64,000 nucleotides of DNA from Lama glama (lineage: Eukaryota), in contig CM052832.1 in NCBI GenBank assembly GCA_028534125.1, positions 12,340,001 to 12,404,000 of the forward strand, given 5' to 3'. Both the position numbers and the translations under genes were made by a program. The notes beneath the pieces are model-generated. The model saw only the letters and a program-made list of their open reading frames with translations. It was not told the DNA's origin and ran no database searches. Positions 14,710 to 27,875 of this stretch are shown piece after piece (the first letter of the stretch is position 1; each line of letters begins with the position of its first letter).

Positions 14710-15270
14710 AAGTCAGTAAACATTTACTGAGTATTGCCTTGCTAAGCACTGTTCTAGGTACTATGTGGCACAGTAAAGCAGAATAAAATTAAGTCTCTGC
14801 TTATTCTGGGTTTCGCCTCTAAACTGGTACAGAGAGATGACATGTCTAAGAGGTTAACCAAGACAATACGTGATTAGATGTTACAGGGAGGAAGTCAGGA
14901 ATTCCTTGGATGAAGCAATCAGTGTGGATGAAATGGTTCTGAGGTGGGTTTTCAAGAGCATGAATAAAACTGGTAATATGAATGCCATGGTGTCTTCTGG
15001 GGACAGCAAGAATCTGGTTTGGTTCAGAGCTGAGCCATCAGTGCTGGGAAAGATAGGCAGGTAAGACACAACAAGGGTCCAGATTATGTGGAAGAAAGAT
15101 GTCTGATAAAAGATTAAGAATCTGGATGGTCAAATAATTGGTGATGTGTCAATGGAAGAATTTCCTTTTTTGTGTAGCATGATATCAATGGGAGATTCAT
15201 CTGACAAGTTTATAGACTAGGACAAGATCAGTAGTAAGAACCATCTAAAGATTATGGCTGTAATCCTATG
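14710..15270 (-). mobile_element. L2 LINE fragment
   Basis: agtaaacatttactgagtattgcc...aagcactgttctaggtact...; typical L2 3' end. Confidence 0.6.
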
Positions 15271-15289
15271 AAAATGCAATACTGGCAGT

Positions 15290-17890
15290 GACAACTTCCT
15301 AGATCTTTAATTTCTCCATTAAGCAAACACTAGAAAATCATAAACAAAGACAAATTAGGAAATATAAGCAATATTAGAATAAATAAGATTTAGTTTGTGT
15401 ACTTGGTTACAATATATATTTAAAGTTAAGCACACCTTTAATATAAGAAATTTTTAAAAAAAGAACACTATGTATAATTTCATTCCAATAAACTTAGAAA
15501 TGTAGATGAAATAGATGTTTTTATAATATTAATTGCCAAAACTGACTTTGAATGATGTATAAAATATAAAAAGTCCAATATCAGACATCAGGCCAATCAG
15601 TTTTATGAATAAGCTCTTCAAGCTTTCAAAGAATAAATTAAGTTACATCAGAATATAAGACAAAAAGCTGTGTTGGGGCATAGGAAAAGATGAAAGGCTT
15701 TCTATGAGATCAATGTAACTGATATTTAAACTAGACAGGAATAGCATGCTCATCACATATAAACACATACATACACAAAATTTACTCACTTACAAAACAG
15801 GTATAAAATTTTAAAGAAAATTAGCATTTTGAATCCATCAGTACACTGAAAGAACTAGTAGAGTTTATTCGAGGAATGCAAAGATGGTTTAACACTGGCA
15901 GTCTATTGAATAGAGAGATTACATATTAAAGGAGAAATCCACATGATTATCTCAATACATGCTAAAAAAGCATTTTATAAAATTCAACACTCCTCTCCAA
16001 TCAAAAAAATCAGCAAGCTATAAATATAAGTTTTTTTAACCTGGTATCTACAAGAAACCTACAACAAATACAATATTTGTGTGTGAAATACTAATATATT
16101 TCAGATATACTAGTAACAAAAAGTAGTATCAGAGTTAGAAATAAGAAATATGTATGTATAAAGCTGTTAAGAAGAAATTCTAGCAAGAAATGTATAAGGC
16201 TTATATTAAGAAAATAATAAAGCTTTACTCAAGAATATTTAAGAAGGTTTGAATAAACGAAGACAAATGATATACCTACATAAGAAGGCCCAAAAATGTA
16301 TTAAAATGTCACCTATTCCCAGATAAATCTACATAGTCAATGTAATCCCAATTAAAATCACACTGCAGGGGTACAGGATGTAGCTTACTGGTACAGCTTA
16401 GCATGCACAAGGTCCTGGGTTTGAACCCCAGTACCTCCATTTAAAAATAAAAATTAAAAAATTAAATCACACTGTAATTTTTAATAGGATTTCACAAAAT
16501 TCATCAAGAAGGGAAAATACAAAAAAACAGCCAAAAAATTTTAGAAAAAGATAAACTAAGTGGGAACTAGCTCTATCAGATATCAATACATATCACAAAG
16601 TTATTTTCTGGCTCAGAAAATAGACAATTAGACCAATGGAACAAAATAAAAGAGTCAAAAAATATTTATGTTTATATAATAATAATGGCACTTCCAACCA
16701 GGCCTCATTGATAAATGGTTTTGAGATAATTTGTTATCCATTTGAAAAAATAATAAAGGTAAATCCCCATACCCTGTATTATATACCAAAAAATTCCAGA
16801 TTGAATCAAGAGCTAAATATAAACTATAAATGTAATAAAAATAAATAGAAAAAAATTTTATAATCCTATGATGGAGAAAGCCTTCTAAGAAAGACACAAA
16901 CCTGGAAGACAAAAGATCAACAGATTTTAATTTTACAATTTGTAAGCTTTCTAATGAAATACAAGCACTCAAATCAAAATTAAAAGTCAAGTGACATACA
17001 AGAAGAAAATATTTGCAAAGTACATAACAAAGATTTATTATCCAGAATATATAAGGAGTTCCTACAAATCAGTAAGAAAAAGATGGCTAATAAAAAATAA
17101 ATAAGGAAAGAATACAGATCGGCAAATCACTGGGGACATAAATAGCTAAAAACACACAAAACAGTGCTCGATCTCACTATCAGGAGACGTCAGGGAAATG
17201 CAAGTTAAAATGAGCTTTTCTTCGCCTGTTGCCAAAAAAAAAAGAAGGAGGAATACTGAATATCGGTAAAAGTATGAGGAAAAAATGCTCAAAGTGGTAT
17301 ATAGGAATAAAGAGGTAATGTTATTTTGGCAACTAATTTGGCCATATGTATCAGAATTTAAAATACACATATTATCTGATTTGTTAGTCCCTCTCTTATG
17401 TGTTTTTCACAGAAAAAATGACACACGCACCATTAGTTACGTATAAAATGTTTACATCACATGGGTTATAGTGGTGAAATATCTAACATCCTCAAAAGTA
17501 AAAAAAAAAATAAATAATAATAATAATAATAAAATACTATGCAGAAGTTTAAAAAAATTAGGCTGATCTCCATGTGCTAACCTGGAAAGATCTCTAAAAT
17601 ACATTGTTAAATAAAAAGCCATATAGCTACAAAACTGTATGTACAGTATGTATGTTTCATTTGTATAAAAATAAAGACAACCTTATATTTATGTAGACAT
17701 GTATATAACTGCACAGAAAAAGAATACATATATTCCAAAATTAATAAACAATGGTTACCTCTGAAAAGAATGGGAATTGGTGGGGATGGGGTAGAGGTAT
17801 TAAAAGAATATTTTCACCTTCTATTCTATATAAATCTGTATGTCTTTGTTTTATTTGTATACTTGTATAAAATACATTTAAAACTTAAGA
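15290..17890 (+). mobile_element. Degenerate ancient L1 (ORF2 to 3'UTR), interrupted by a SINE
   Basis: ORF2-like motifs such as ggaatgcaaagatggtttaacac, gattatctcaatacatgctaaaaaagcattttataaaattcaacac and agaccaatggaacaaaataaaagagtc; A-rich plus strand. Confidence 0.8.
16368..16463 (+). mobile_element. Camelid tRNA-derived SINE (Vic-1-like) inserted in an old L1
   Basis: tagcttactggtacag...gcatgcacaaggtcctgggtttgaaccccagtacctcc followed by an A-rich tail. TSD aaatcacactg at 16355-16365 and 16464-16474. Confidence 0.88.
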
Positions 17891-19292
17891 AAAAGAAAAA
17901 ACAGGCTAGCATTTAAATGAATAATTTAAAAAATCATGGTTTTGCTTTAATTTTGATTACCAAAAACGTTAGATGACACTGTAAGTGCTTGAACAAGTTC
18001 TGACCCAGCTAACATTGTGGACTAGAAATAATTTCCACAGAAAACACTGCTAAACTGCTCAAATCCTTCTGTATTTTGACAGGGATTCATTTAATGATCC
18101 CATACACATTGATTTCTGGTAAATCACAGCCATTCAATTTAACACAGCATATAACCATACGTTATCATATTGTATTGCAAAGTATCAATTAAAAAAAAAA
18201 CACAGCCCTAATAAAAGCAGCATGCTTTACAGAATCAGCTTCAAAATAAATAAATGCACTGGAAAAAAAAAACCTTTAAATTAAAATCAAAAGAGACGTT
18301 TAAAGTTTGGGCATTCTTCATTATGGGAAAGAATCTTCCACTTTGAGACTATTATATGTCAGAAAGGATCCATCTGTTGTATAATTATCTCTGATAAACA
18401 GCCTGATGCTCCAAGCTTCATTAGGGAAGAGGGAAGAGAAAGACACATACAGAGAGAACTGTAAATAAATCTCACCATATTTCACTTAAAACCAGCCCAG
18501 CAGGAAGTCATAAAATATTTTTAATAGGTAATATTTTCTAAACGTTCTACTAGAATAAGTCAGCCTGTTTTGCCCAATACCTGGTCTTCAAATATGAACA
18601 GTCTGAAAAAGGGAAAACTTGTGTCATTTAAAAATTATCAGAAATTTAATTGGTAAAAACAAAGTTTAGCCACTTGGTGGCAATGATACTAATTTTCTAA
18701 GGGATAGATAAGAGTTTGTCAGACAGGAATGAAGACTAGCAGTCAATAAAGCCCAGTGCATGTTCAAAGACCCAAAGGCAGTTAGCAAGGAAATCTGCTA
18801 AAATGCACCACCATTTTATTTTTCAAATGCCTGGGGAAGCTAGGATATCACCAGGAACCAGTTTCCAAGGAAACAACTGAGATCTCTGTTTAACCAAATT
18901 AATTTAACCATGGATAAAGAATGCTCTCAAATTTCTATTTGGGGAATCACTGTCATATTAAAGGAAAATCCAGCCAGCAATTGGAAATGAAGCTTTATTT
19001 ATAAAAGTTATCACTAACATTTCAGTTACTATGACTCTCACTTTTCCTGTATATTTTCCTTTGGCTACAACAAAAGCATCTTTTAGGTAAATGCAGTAGA
19101 GAATAGAAAAAAAAAACACGAGCATTATGGATGAAAACGGCCCAGAGCTGAGTTCTAGCCCTATCATGTGACTCAAGGCAGGTCACCATGCAAACCTTCT
19201 CATCAGAGTAAGAAGGAGGCTCTCCGCCCTGCCTATACCACATTGTCAGGACGATCCCAGGAAAATAATGTTTGTCAAAGGGCTCTGTAAAA

Positions 19293-19584
19293 CAGAGGTT
19301 GACGAACTTTTTCTGTAAAGGGCCACTGGGTCTCCGCAGCAACTATCCAGTTCTGCTGTTACAGTGCAGAAGCAGCCGCAGACAATACATAAATGAATGA
19401 GCATGGCTGTGTTCCAATAAAAACTTATTTATGAACACTGAAATCTGAATTTCATGTAATTTTCATATGTTGCAAAATTACTGTTCTTTTGATTTTTTTC
19501 ATTTAAAATCATTCTTAGCTCCTGAGCCGTACAAAAACAGGTGGTGGGCCAATTTGGCCTATGGGTTAGGTTTGCCAATTTCTC
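19293..19584. mobile_element. MER58B-like hAT MITE
   Basis: cagaggttgacgaactttttctgtaaagggcca...gcatggctgtgttccaataaaacttatttatgaacactgaaatctgaatttcatgtaattttc...gtttgccaatttct. Confidence 0.85.
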
Positions 19585-20319
19585 TTGTAAATGACAGTTT
19601 TCTGTATGTGTTGGTTGCTGTTTATTTCTTTGTATGTGCTACCACAGAACTTGGGAGAATGTTGTATATGAGGTGGGCCCTCTCTAACTGCTAAGTCAGA
19701 ATGCCAGAATATTTGAAAACAAGTCCATTTCTTGTCATTATTCTTCCCTAGTAGTAGGTATCAGATCTCTTCCTCCTTTGCCTAGAAAGGAACAGACCAG
19801 ACAACTCTCCGCCAACATCTTAATTTCTACTCTACGTAGTGGAATTGGTAAATAAACAAACACCTACGTAAGCATGCATATCCACCCAAACAGGTCATAA
19901 GTAGGATGCCCAAGTCTTCCAAGAGCATGACAACAGGAAAGCTGATTTATAGAAGATGCTGAGAAAAGGGTATATATATATTTTTTTTAATCTTTTAAGA
20001 CCAATCTATTAAGACTCTGACTTAAGTGACCAGTCACCTGCCTGTCATTTAAAAATAACAACAAAACAACAACTTGTTCCAGTGTTCTATCCACAACCTG
20101 ACATTATCCTTTCTTTCTTTAAAAGTTAGCTCAAGAAACTAAGCACAAATCACATTTTATCTCCTCTATGAAACTGGGAGAACAGTAAGTAAAAAGGAGC
20201 AAAAGCACTAAAAAAAAAAAATGTATGTTATTCTGTTCTTTTGAAGTGTTTGTGCAACACTCTCTCTTCTATAGTTTACATCTGCACACAACGTCCTTTA
20301 CACTATCAATCACTATAGA

Positions 20320-20530
20320 GATGGGCAGCTATGATCCGGTGCCAGAAAGCCAGGCTGCTCCGAGATCTTGAGTAAGATACTGACTCAACCTATGCCTCCA
20401 TTTCCACATCTGAGGAACAGATACGGTAACAGTACCTACCTTACAAGGTATTATGAAGCTGAAGTATGCTAATACAGGCAAGTATTTGGAACAGTGTCTG
20501 ATGCTTAATGAGTACTCTGGTGATAGCTGT
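20320..20530 (+). mobile_element. MIR SINE
   Basis: tatgcctccatttccacatctgagg...acagtacctaccttacaaggtattatgaag. Confidence 0.6.
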
Positions 20531-21774
20531 TACCATTTGTATATCACTTAAATGCTGTGACAAAGTCCTTTGGTCACTATTAGAATGTTGTTTACACTGC
20601 TTTTTGAAAATGTTTCTAATGGCAAAAGTTCTATTCACTCTTCTGCAGACACACAAGATGGGATAGGAAGAGATGCGTGTGTGTTCAGACAAAGAAATAT
20701 CACTTGGAAAAAATAGGTACATGTTTTATCTGACCTTCAGTCAAGGTACCTTAAGAAATTCTTTTGGATAAAAAACTGTCCTGGTTCTGCTTTACACATT
20801 CTTGTCAATAGCTCTTACTCTATCTGTTGTCTTTTCAAAACAGCACTAATGTACCCAGACTCTCACCATCCTTCTGTTCTTATATTCATTTAACAATGAG
20901 AAGTGGAAAGCAAATTTAAGCAATACTCATTCCCTTGATTATTAGGAAAAAATATGAAACCTTTCACAAGCCCTGAAGAAGAAACAGCATTTCCAATTCT
21001 ACACAATAACAGTAGATCCGCAACTAGTGTAGAGTTTACATATTATGTAGAACTTGGATTTGGCACCCCAAATCCAATTCCCAGCAACTCCCACACCCTA
21101 CTTCTCCATAACTCTCCAGGGGAAGCTAAGAAGGACCAAAAGATGAACTTCCAGTCTCTCGAGGACACTAAAAGATTAAGTGATCCCCTCTAAGATTAAG
21201 TGATCCCCTCTACCTTTCTTCTCCTAGGTAGGTCACAATTAAAATCTGCAAGGAGTCAATGGATCAGGCTGCCTAATTTCATCTTGGTCTGCACTGCTAC
21301 TTGGCGATCACTTCAGTCATCTCCTGTTGACTTGCAACACAGTCACCCTGACAGCTTCAACAAACATCTCCCATCCACAAACCGGGCACACATCTCCTCA
21401 CTCTAGCATACTTTCAAACCGAGATGAGGCAGCAAAACCCACCTGAAAAAGCTTTTGCAAATGGCATGCTTATAGCCATTGTTCCTGCTACTGCCTCCCT
21501 TTTACCCTAAAATTCTTACGCACCTGTTTGGAGAACAACCTCAAGGAAAGGCATATGTATTTGAAAATACGCTCCTTGTGGGTAGAGACCTAATCTTATT
21601 CATTTCTGTACCCAGTATTTAACCTAGTGCCACTCAGCAAAGACTGTTACATGAATATACAAACCACTGAAATAGTTTATTACACAGTTTATTTAGGTAA
21701 TCAATCTCATGATCACCAAATTCAACGTCTCCTGTCAGTTTCCAGTTTTCCACAGTATTTTCATAATGTTGAGG

Positions 21775-22045
21775 CAAATGCTATAGTGGTTGAAAGCATA
21801 GGCTCTGGAGCCAAATCAGTGGGTTGGAACATGAGCTACACTGTGAAGCAGGAGCTCTGAACTTTGGGCAGAAGTTACTGAACCTCCTTACACTTCAACT
21901 TCTTCGTCTGCAAAAATGGTATAATAAAAACTCCTACCTCATACAGTATTGTGAGAATTACATGTTGGTACATATAAAGAGCTTAGAAGAGTGCTTAGAA
22001 CATAGCCAAACACTTCATAAATATGAGTGAACATTTTCACTGTTA
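21775..22045 (+). mobile_element. MIR SINE
   Basis: tagtggttgaaagcataggctctggagcc...ttcgtctgcaaaaatggtataataaaaactcctacctcatacagtattgtgagaatta. Confidence 0.75.
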
Positions 22046-23044
22046 TTAATAAAATCCACACCATAAGCTGAAATTTGTTCCTTGACTTTCCTGACCCTGC
22101 CCCACTATCATTTGCCTCCTCTCTGACTTCTTCAGTTCCCTCCTTTGTTTTGGTTTCACTCAAGGTTCTGTTCTCACTGCTTTTTTTTCTGTTCTCATCC
22201 TTGGTAATCTCATTTAACCCCTAAAGCTTCACCTATCATCTGCATGTGGATGAAGCCATCTTTGACTTATCTCTCCTAAAAATTGCCCAATTGAACACTT
22301 AAGTCATCATTATTCAGAATAGCATATCTCCTCCTTCCTCCAGATATGTGAAAATCCAAGGATTACAATAATGAGCACTACAAGAATTAGGAAATGAGAT
22401 TAGCTTCTGAGAGTTTAACTTGAAGAGTTAAACACACAATGGTTTAAAGTAGTGATGTCATCAGAAAGAGGATGGATCTGAAACTAGTAGAACTACACAT
22501 CTTTAATCAGAGTGAAGGCATTTATATGTATATCAAAAGAAAAAACATGGCAGTCCACAGTAGCCTAGACCAGCAAGTTATGGAAACAAGGAAGTGTTGT
22601 GTCCTAGGGGTTCCAAAGCTCAGGGCAGATCTAAGCCCACGCAGAGAAGGGAGAAAAGGGTATGAAGATGGAATCTTGTACTGAATGCAAAAGACCTTCC
22701 CTATATGTCCTTAGAGTGTACCTGACAATCATCCTGACTCAATCAAAAATTCACTTCATCTAACTCCACTTGTTCTGTGTTCACATTTTGTCATTCACTA
22801 TATAAATCTTTGTTATGGGTGTGCTTCCTATAAAGATCTGCCACCAGAGAAAATGTTTTAGTCACATGGGTATTATGCTTTTATCTCCAATCCCTGTTAC
22901 AAGGATTTTCTGATGAATTAATCAAGTAACTTTTGGTTATAGTTTGAGTTTCCACATACCTTAATTACAGAGAAAGAATGTGCTGGTCTTGACAACATGG
23001 ATATTTCTACTTTCTGTGGCAGTTATATTTCACATTGTGGATTA

Positions 23045-23285
23045 ACTGATTAAAAGCATGAATTCTGAAGCCAAATGTCTGAATTTGAATCCTGGTTCTG
23101 GTATCTACTAGTTTGCTACCACAGGCAAATTACTTGATCTGTCTGTGCCCGTTTCCTTATCTACAGAATGGGGATAATGTTAGTATCTACCTCACTGAGT
23201 TTTCAGGAGGAATAAATGAGAAAATATGCAAAATACAGAACAATGCCTTGCACATAAAGCACTCAGTAAATGGGAGCTGTTGTTA
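23045..23285 (+). mobile_element. MIR SINE
   Basis: gaatttgaatcctggttctg...ctgtgcccgtttccttatctacagaatggggataatgttagtatctacctca. Confidence 0.78.
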
Positions 23286-24038
23286 TCTCAGTCTCACATG
23301 CACTTGGGCTGCTCAAAGTTGATCTGTCGGCCTGATCCTAGTACATGCGGGTGCCATCAGACGTAGTTCCATAAGGTAAGACCCTGACCAGCTCCAACCT
23401 TTCCCTTAGACAAGGAGTTCTTAGCCTAAAGGCCACAGTAAGCTTTAGAAACATTTTAATCAAAATTGGGCATAAATGGATGGTGTATATTTTTCTGAGA
23501 CAAGGGGCCAATAGCTTTCATCAGCTCCTCAATAAGAACATAACCCCACATGGATGTTTTAAAACAAAACAAAACCTATGCCTTAACACTATCACTACCA
23601 TTTTCATCTTTTTCTTCCTCCTCTTAAGTAATTTCTATACTTTCCCCTGGGTCTGTATTCAATAAGTTACAGTATTTTAAAAATTCTGTCTCTGCAATGC
23701 TATTCTAGCATAAGCCTTCTCATTTTCAATACTGCCAGATTACCTCTCCAAAAGAACTGTAGTAATATTACTTCCTTTGTGCAAAAACATGAATGTTGTC
23801 TGACAGTCAAATATCTTAGCTGAGCAGTCAAGCCTCTATGGCATGGCCATGATCTACCTCTCCAGCCTTGTCCTCCATAAGTGACCCTCCTAAATGCTAC
23901 TGCAGAACTTCACGCAGCTTTCCTCTATATTGTTTTGTCTTCAACACCACTTTTTCCTCCAGTAAACCAATACCCTTCTTCAACAATGCCTTTAATACAT
24001 AAGAAGGACGATTAAAATGGATGCATACAATCACACTT

Positions 24039-24180
24039 CAAGGTTTCTCAACCTTGGCATTACTGACATGTCAGACTGGATAATTCCTTGTTCTGGAGGG
24101 CTGTTCAATACAGTGTAAGATGTTTACAGCACTGGGGAAGAGAAGGAGGGGCAAAAATCACTGCTGTTTGAGAACCACTG
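24039..24180. mobile_element. MER20-like hAT element (internally deleted)
   Basis: caaggtttctcaaccttggcattactgacatgtcagactggataattccttgtt...ggggcaaaaatcac...tgagaaccactg. Confidence 0.8.
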
Positions 24181-24766
24181 ATATAACAAATATATTTAAT
24201 TCCCCCTGATAAACAGTAAATTCTTTGAGGGCAAGGACTATGACCTTTTTCACTTGTATACTCTCAGTTTTACCTAGTACAGTGGTTTATGGTAGATAAA
24301 TATTTGTTCTCTGCTAATCTTTCCAAAATTAGTAGATAGAACATTCTAACCTACCACATTCCAAGGATTTCTAGATATTCATTAAATTTGAAACACCAAA
24401 TTTCAACCTGTTAAGTAAAGCTTTTAAAAGCTAAAAATTGCTCTGTCATAACACCCCTATAATTTTCAACAAACTCTCAGTTATAGTTGTGCCCTAGAGG
24501 AAATGGTTCTAAGGAAATGGTTCTAAGCATTATAAAGACTACGTGGACAATGGACTTCTGTATCACATATACGGTAATAATAATCTACCACTGAGCACTT
24601 ACAGAAGAGTATCAGAAACAATTGCCTCCTCCCTTCAAAATATCCTCTGTTCTATGAAATACACAGTGTTATCTCAATTAACTGCCTTAGAAACATTCAA
24701 GGCCCAGTTAATGACACAGGTAAGTCTTTAATCCAAGGTTACTAAATCAGGTTAAGTTCCCTACAC

Positions 24767-24940
24767 CAGTGGTTCTCAATTCTTGCTGCACATTAGAATA
24801 CTCTGAAGAGTTAAAAAGAACAGATCACTGAGCTTCCCTCCAGACCAATTAAATCCGACTCAGGGAATAGTGCTGGAGATTGAAATTGTTTTAAAAATCC
24901 CCAGTGGATTCTAATTTACAGCCAGGGCTAAGAATCACTG
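24767..24940. mobile_element. MER5B-like palindromic hAT MITE
   Basis: cagtggttctcaattcttgctgcacattagaat...ggattctaatttacagccagggctaagaatcactg. Degenerate 8-bp TSD ccctacac/ccccagac. Confidence 0.85.
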
Positions 24941-25186
24941 CCCCAGACTGGTTTAAAATCTCTTGTACCTTAACAGTTAACATAAAGGCTATCTTTTAAG
25001 AAAACCTCAAGCACTATGCAATGGCTGAAGCTTATTCTCTGCCTTGCTGACTTGGGACTATGTGTCAACACAATCTTGAATTAAAAGACCTGCTATCTTT
25101 TTTTCTCGGATGAGGCATTACCAAGAAACTCATGATATGATTCTTAGGCTGCTTTCTCCACCACTGAACAGAATCTGGGCACTTAC

Positions 25187-25369
25187 ACTCCTCTTTACTT
25201 GGTGAAGTTACATTCAGTTCTGTCGGAAGCGGCTGCTGGCTGGGACTAAGAGTTGGCGTGGTTATCGAGGTATTGTTGTTGTCACTGGTGGTCTCTTCAG
25301 AAAACAAATCTGATTGGCTGTTACTCGTACTTGGAGCGGAATCATCGTCTGGTTGTTTCTTTTGAAAAT
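25187..25369 (-). CDS. ZFAND3: ZFAND3 internal coding exon (probably exon 3), 183 nt, phase 1-1
   Basis: Minus strand reads ttttctcactctttctcttcag|ATTTTCAAAAG...GAGGAGT|gtaagt. It translates to (D)FQKKQPDDDSAPSTSNSQSDLFSEETTSDNNNTSITTPTLSPSQQPLPTELNVTSPSKEE(C), matching the recalled mammalian ZFAND3 linker directly after the A20 finger. Confidence 0.97.
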
Positions 25370-25419
25370 CTGAAGAGAAAGAGTGAGAAAACCAGTTTAA
25401 TCAAGGAATTCACAATTAC

Positions 25420-27240
25420 TTTGGGTATTTGAAAAATGAAAGTATAAAAATTAAATGTAACAGCAGCAATAATTAAAATTAATTTTGGTGATTAAAAAAT
25501 GTAAGTAAAATACTGGTGGAAACCATATAAAATTGGTGGAGGGTAACCGAGTTAAAGATTTCCAAGGTCCCTGTATCATTCAGGTGAATGGTAGACATAC
25601 CGATTTAATGTAAGACTTTGCAAAGCCAAATGCATGTTAAAATATTATAGGTCATCAGCAGAGTGATAAAAGGAATAAAGAAAGTTGTTTAAACCAATAG
25701 AGGACTGATAAGAAGGGAAAAAACAACAGAGAAAAAAGCAAGGTAAATAGAAAACACATAAGATGGTAGAATTGTACAGATACATCAGTGATGGTAATAA
25801 ATGTAGACTAAACTTAGCAGTTAAAAAACAGAAAATTCAGACTGAATAAACAAAGTCCTGTTATATATAGTTGCCAAGAGACATACTAAAACCATAAACA
25901 TGAGAAGGAAAATTTAAAGTATATAAACAAAATACCAGCAAATACACGTGGTTAAAAAGCCAGTGGGTATAGCTCAGGGGCAGAGTGCATGCTTAGTGTG
26001 CATGAGGTCCTGGGTTCAATCCCCAGTACTACCATTAAAATAAATAAATAAACCTAACTATCTCCCCTCCAAAAAATTTTTTTTTAATTTTTCAAAAAGC
26101 CAGTAATAGCCATAATAATATCACAAAATGTAGACTTAGAGGCAAAAAGCATTAATAAAGATAAAAAGGATCAGTATATAATAGCACAAAAAAAGTTACC
26201 AGGAAGATAAAACAATTCCAAATCTGTATATATCTAATAACAAAGCTTCAAAACATGTAAAGCAAAAATTATCATATTTGTGGGAAACTGATAATTAGAC
26301 AATGAATTGTTTTCAAACACATGGGGAATATTTATAAAAACTGACTAAAACCTGGATAAACTTTAACCACACATCAGACTATAAAGCAAGTCTCAAAGAA
26401 CTAGTAAGATATAGATTATTAACCGACCATAGAGCAAGTAAGATGAAAATTGGACAAAATTCTATATTTTGGAAATTTTAAAAATACACTTTAAACTCAT
26501 GGGTCAAATTAAAAATTATAAAATTACAAAATATGTATAATTAAATGATAATATAATTACTACTCATCAATATCCAGTATCCACATATACTACATATACT
26601 CCAAGTCATTTCATTACTAATGACTAAAGCAACCTAAAGGTCCATAAATTATAATATATTCAAATGATGGAATAATGTACATAGTGAAAACAAGTAACCA
26701 CTGCCACACACATCATTATAAATGAATCTCAAAATCATAATGTTGAATAAAAAAACGCAAGTTACTAAATAACATAGCAAGATTGTACTGCATAAATCTT
26801 AAAACAGACAAAACTCAAACAATGTATGTTTAGGAATATGTATGTCTAAATCTTTTTTTTTTAATTAACACAATTCAGGATAGTGGTTATCTCTAAATGA
26901 AGCAGGGGAATGTGAAGTGAGAGCTATGTAAAAACATTCAAAAGTATAGGTAATGTTCGTTGATGGACAAACGATTAAAATGGTGTATTCAATGTAATGG
27001 AATGCTCTATGGTAGTCAAAATAAATGAATAAAGCTATAAGAATAATGAAAAATCTCAAAAACAATGTTGAGAAAAGCAAGCTACAGAAGGATATATATA
27101 GTCTAACAATATTTATATACAATTTAAAATATGTAAAATACCATATGTTATTTACAGATACATAATTACAATATAAAAACATGCATGGAAATGATACACC
27201 AAACTCAGACAGTAGCTATCTGGGGGCGGAGAGAGGAACA
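25420..27240 (+). mobile_element. Degenerate ancient L1 fragments next to the ZFAND3 exon acceptor
   Basis: Endonuclease-region-like text (aatgtagacttagaggcaaaaagcattaataaagataaaaaggatc, caaagcttcaaaacatgtaaagcaaaa) and 3'UTR-like segments. Confidence 0.7.
25965..26093 (+). mobile_element. Camelid tRNA-derived SINE (Vic-1-like)
   Basis: gggtatagctcagggg cagagtgcatgcttagtgtgcatgaggtcctgggttcaatccccagtac (Pol III A and B boxes) plus tail. Perfect TSD aaaaagccagt at 25954-25964 and 26094-26104. Confidence 0.92.
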
Positions 27241-27262
27241 TAGATCTTCCATTCTATCTGTA

Positions 27263-27369
27263 ATTTTTTTTTAAGTTATTTTATTTTAATGTAGGTACTG
27301 GGGGATTGAACCCAGGACCTTGTGCATGTTAAACATGCATTTTACCACTGAGCTATACCCTCCCTCTCC
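27263..27369 (-). mobile_element. Camelid tRNA-derived SINE (Vic-1-like)
   Basis: Plus strand reads ggtactgggggattgaacccaggacc...accactgagctataccc, the reverse complement of the SINE head, with a T-rich tail on the left. Confidence 0.88.
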
Positions 27370-27624
27370 TTTTTTTTTTATTTCTTAAAGCTGGTCAGTA
27401 TATGACCGTTTAAATTATTATGTATAGTCTCAGTATGTTTCATTTAAAAAATTTAACACTAGACTAAGAAGTACAGATGATGTTTCACTGTATCAATTCA
27501 GAGAGGGAAAAGGATCCTGACAACTCCATACTGCCTTATCTTCTGAACTAGAGAGAGGCCGTTGCTATTATGTTATGCTCTGTAACCTCATCAGAATCAC
27601 TATTTTGACATATTCTGAGCATAA

Positions 27625-27875
27625 CTATAGCTAGCATTTATGTTGCGTTTACCACGTGCCAAATACTGAACTAAATGTTTTATGTATTTAGCTCATTTAT
27701 TTTCATCTTCAGAACAACCTTAACAAGGGAGGTAAAATGATCACCACTTTACTGATGAAGAAACTGACGCTCAGAAAATTTAGGTAATTTTTTCCAAGTT
27801 AACAGCTGGTAAGTAGCAGGATCAGTATTTAAACAAAGGTCCATCTGACATGAAAATCCATGGTCTTCAATTTCA
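27625..27875 (-). mobile_element. MIR SINE
   Basis: cactttactgatgaagaaactgacgctcagaaaatttaggtaattttttccaag. Confidence 0.72.

Noticed and set aside
25065..25307. 80-aa ORF in the track as a standalone gene
   Set aside because: It is part of the ZFAND3 exon read through the gtaagt donor at 25186 into intron. The start is an internal TTG.
25965..26035. Genuine tRNA genes (also at 16368, 27300 and 32780)
   Set aside because: tRNA-like heads followed by SINE tails, most with TSDs, and diverged from one another. They are SINE copies.
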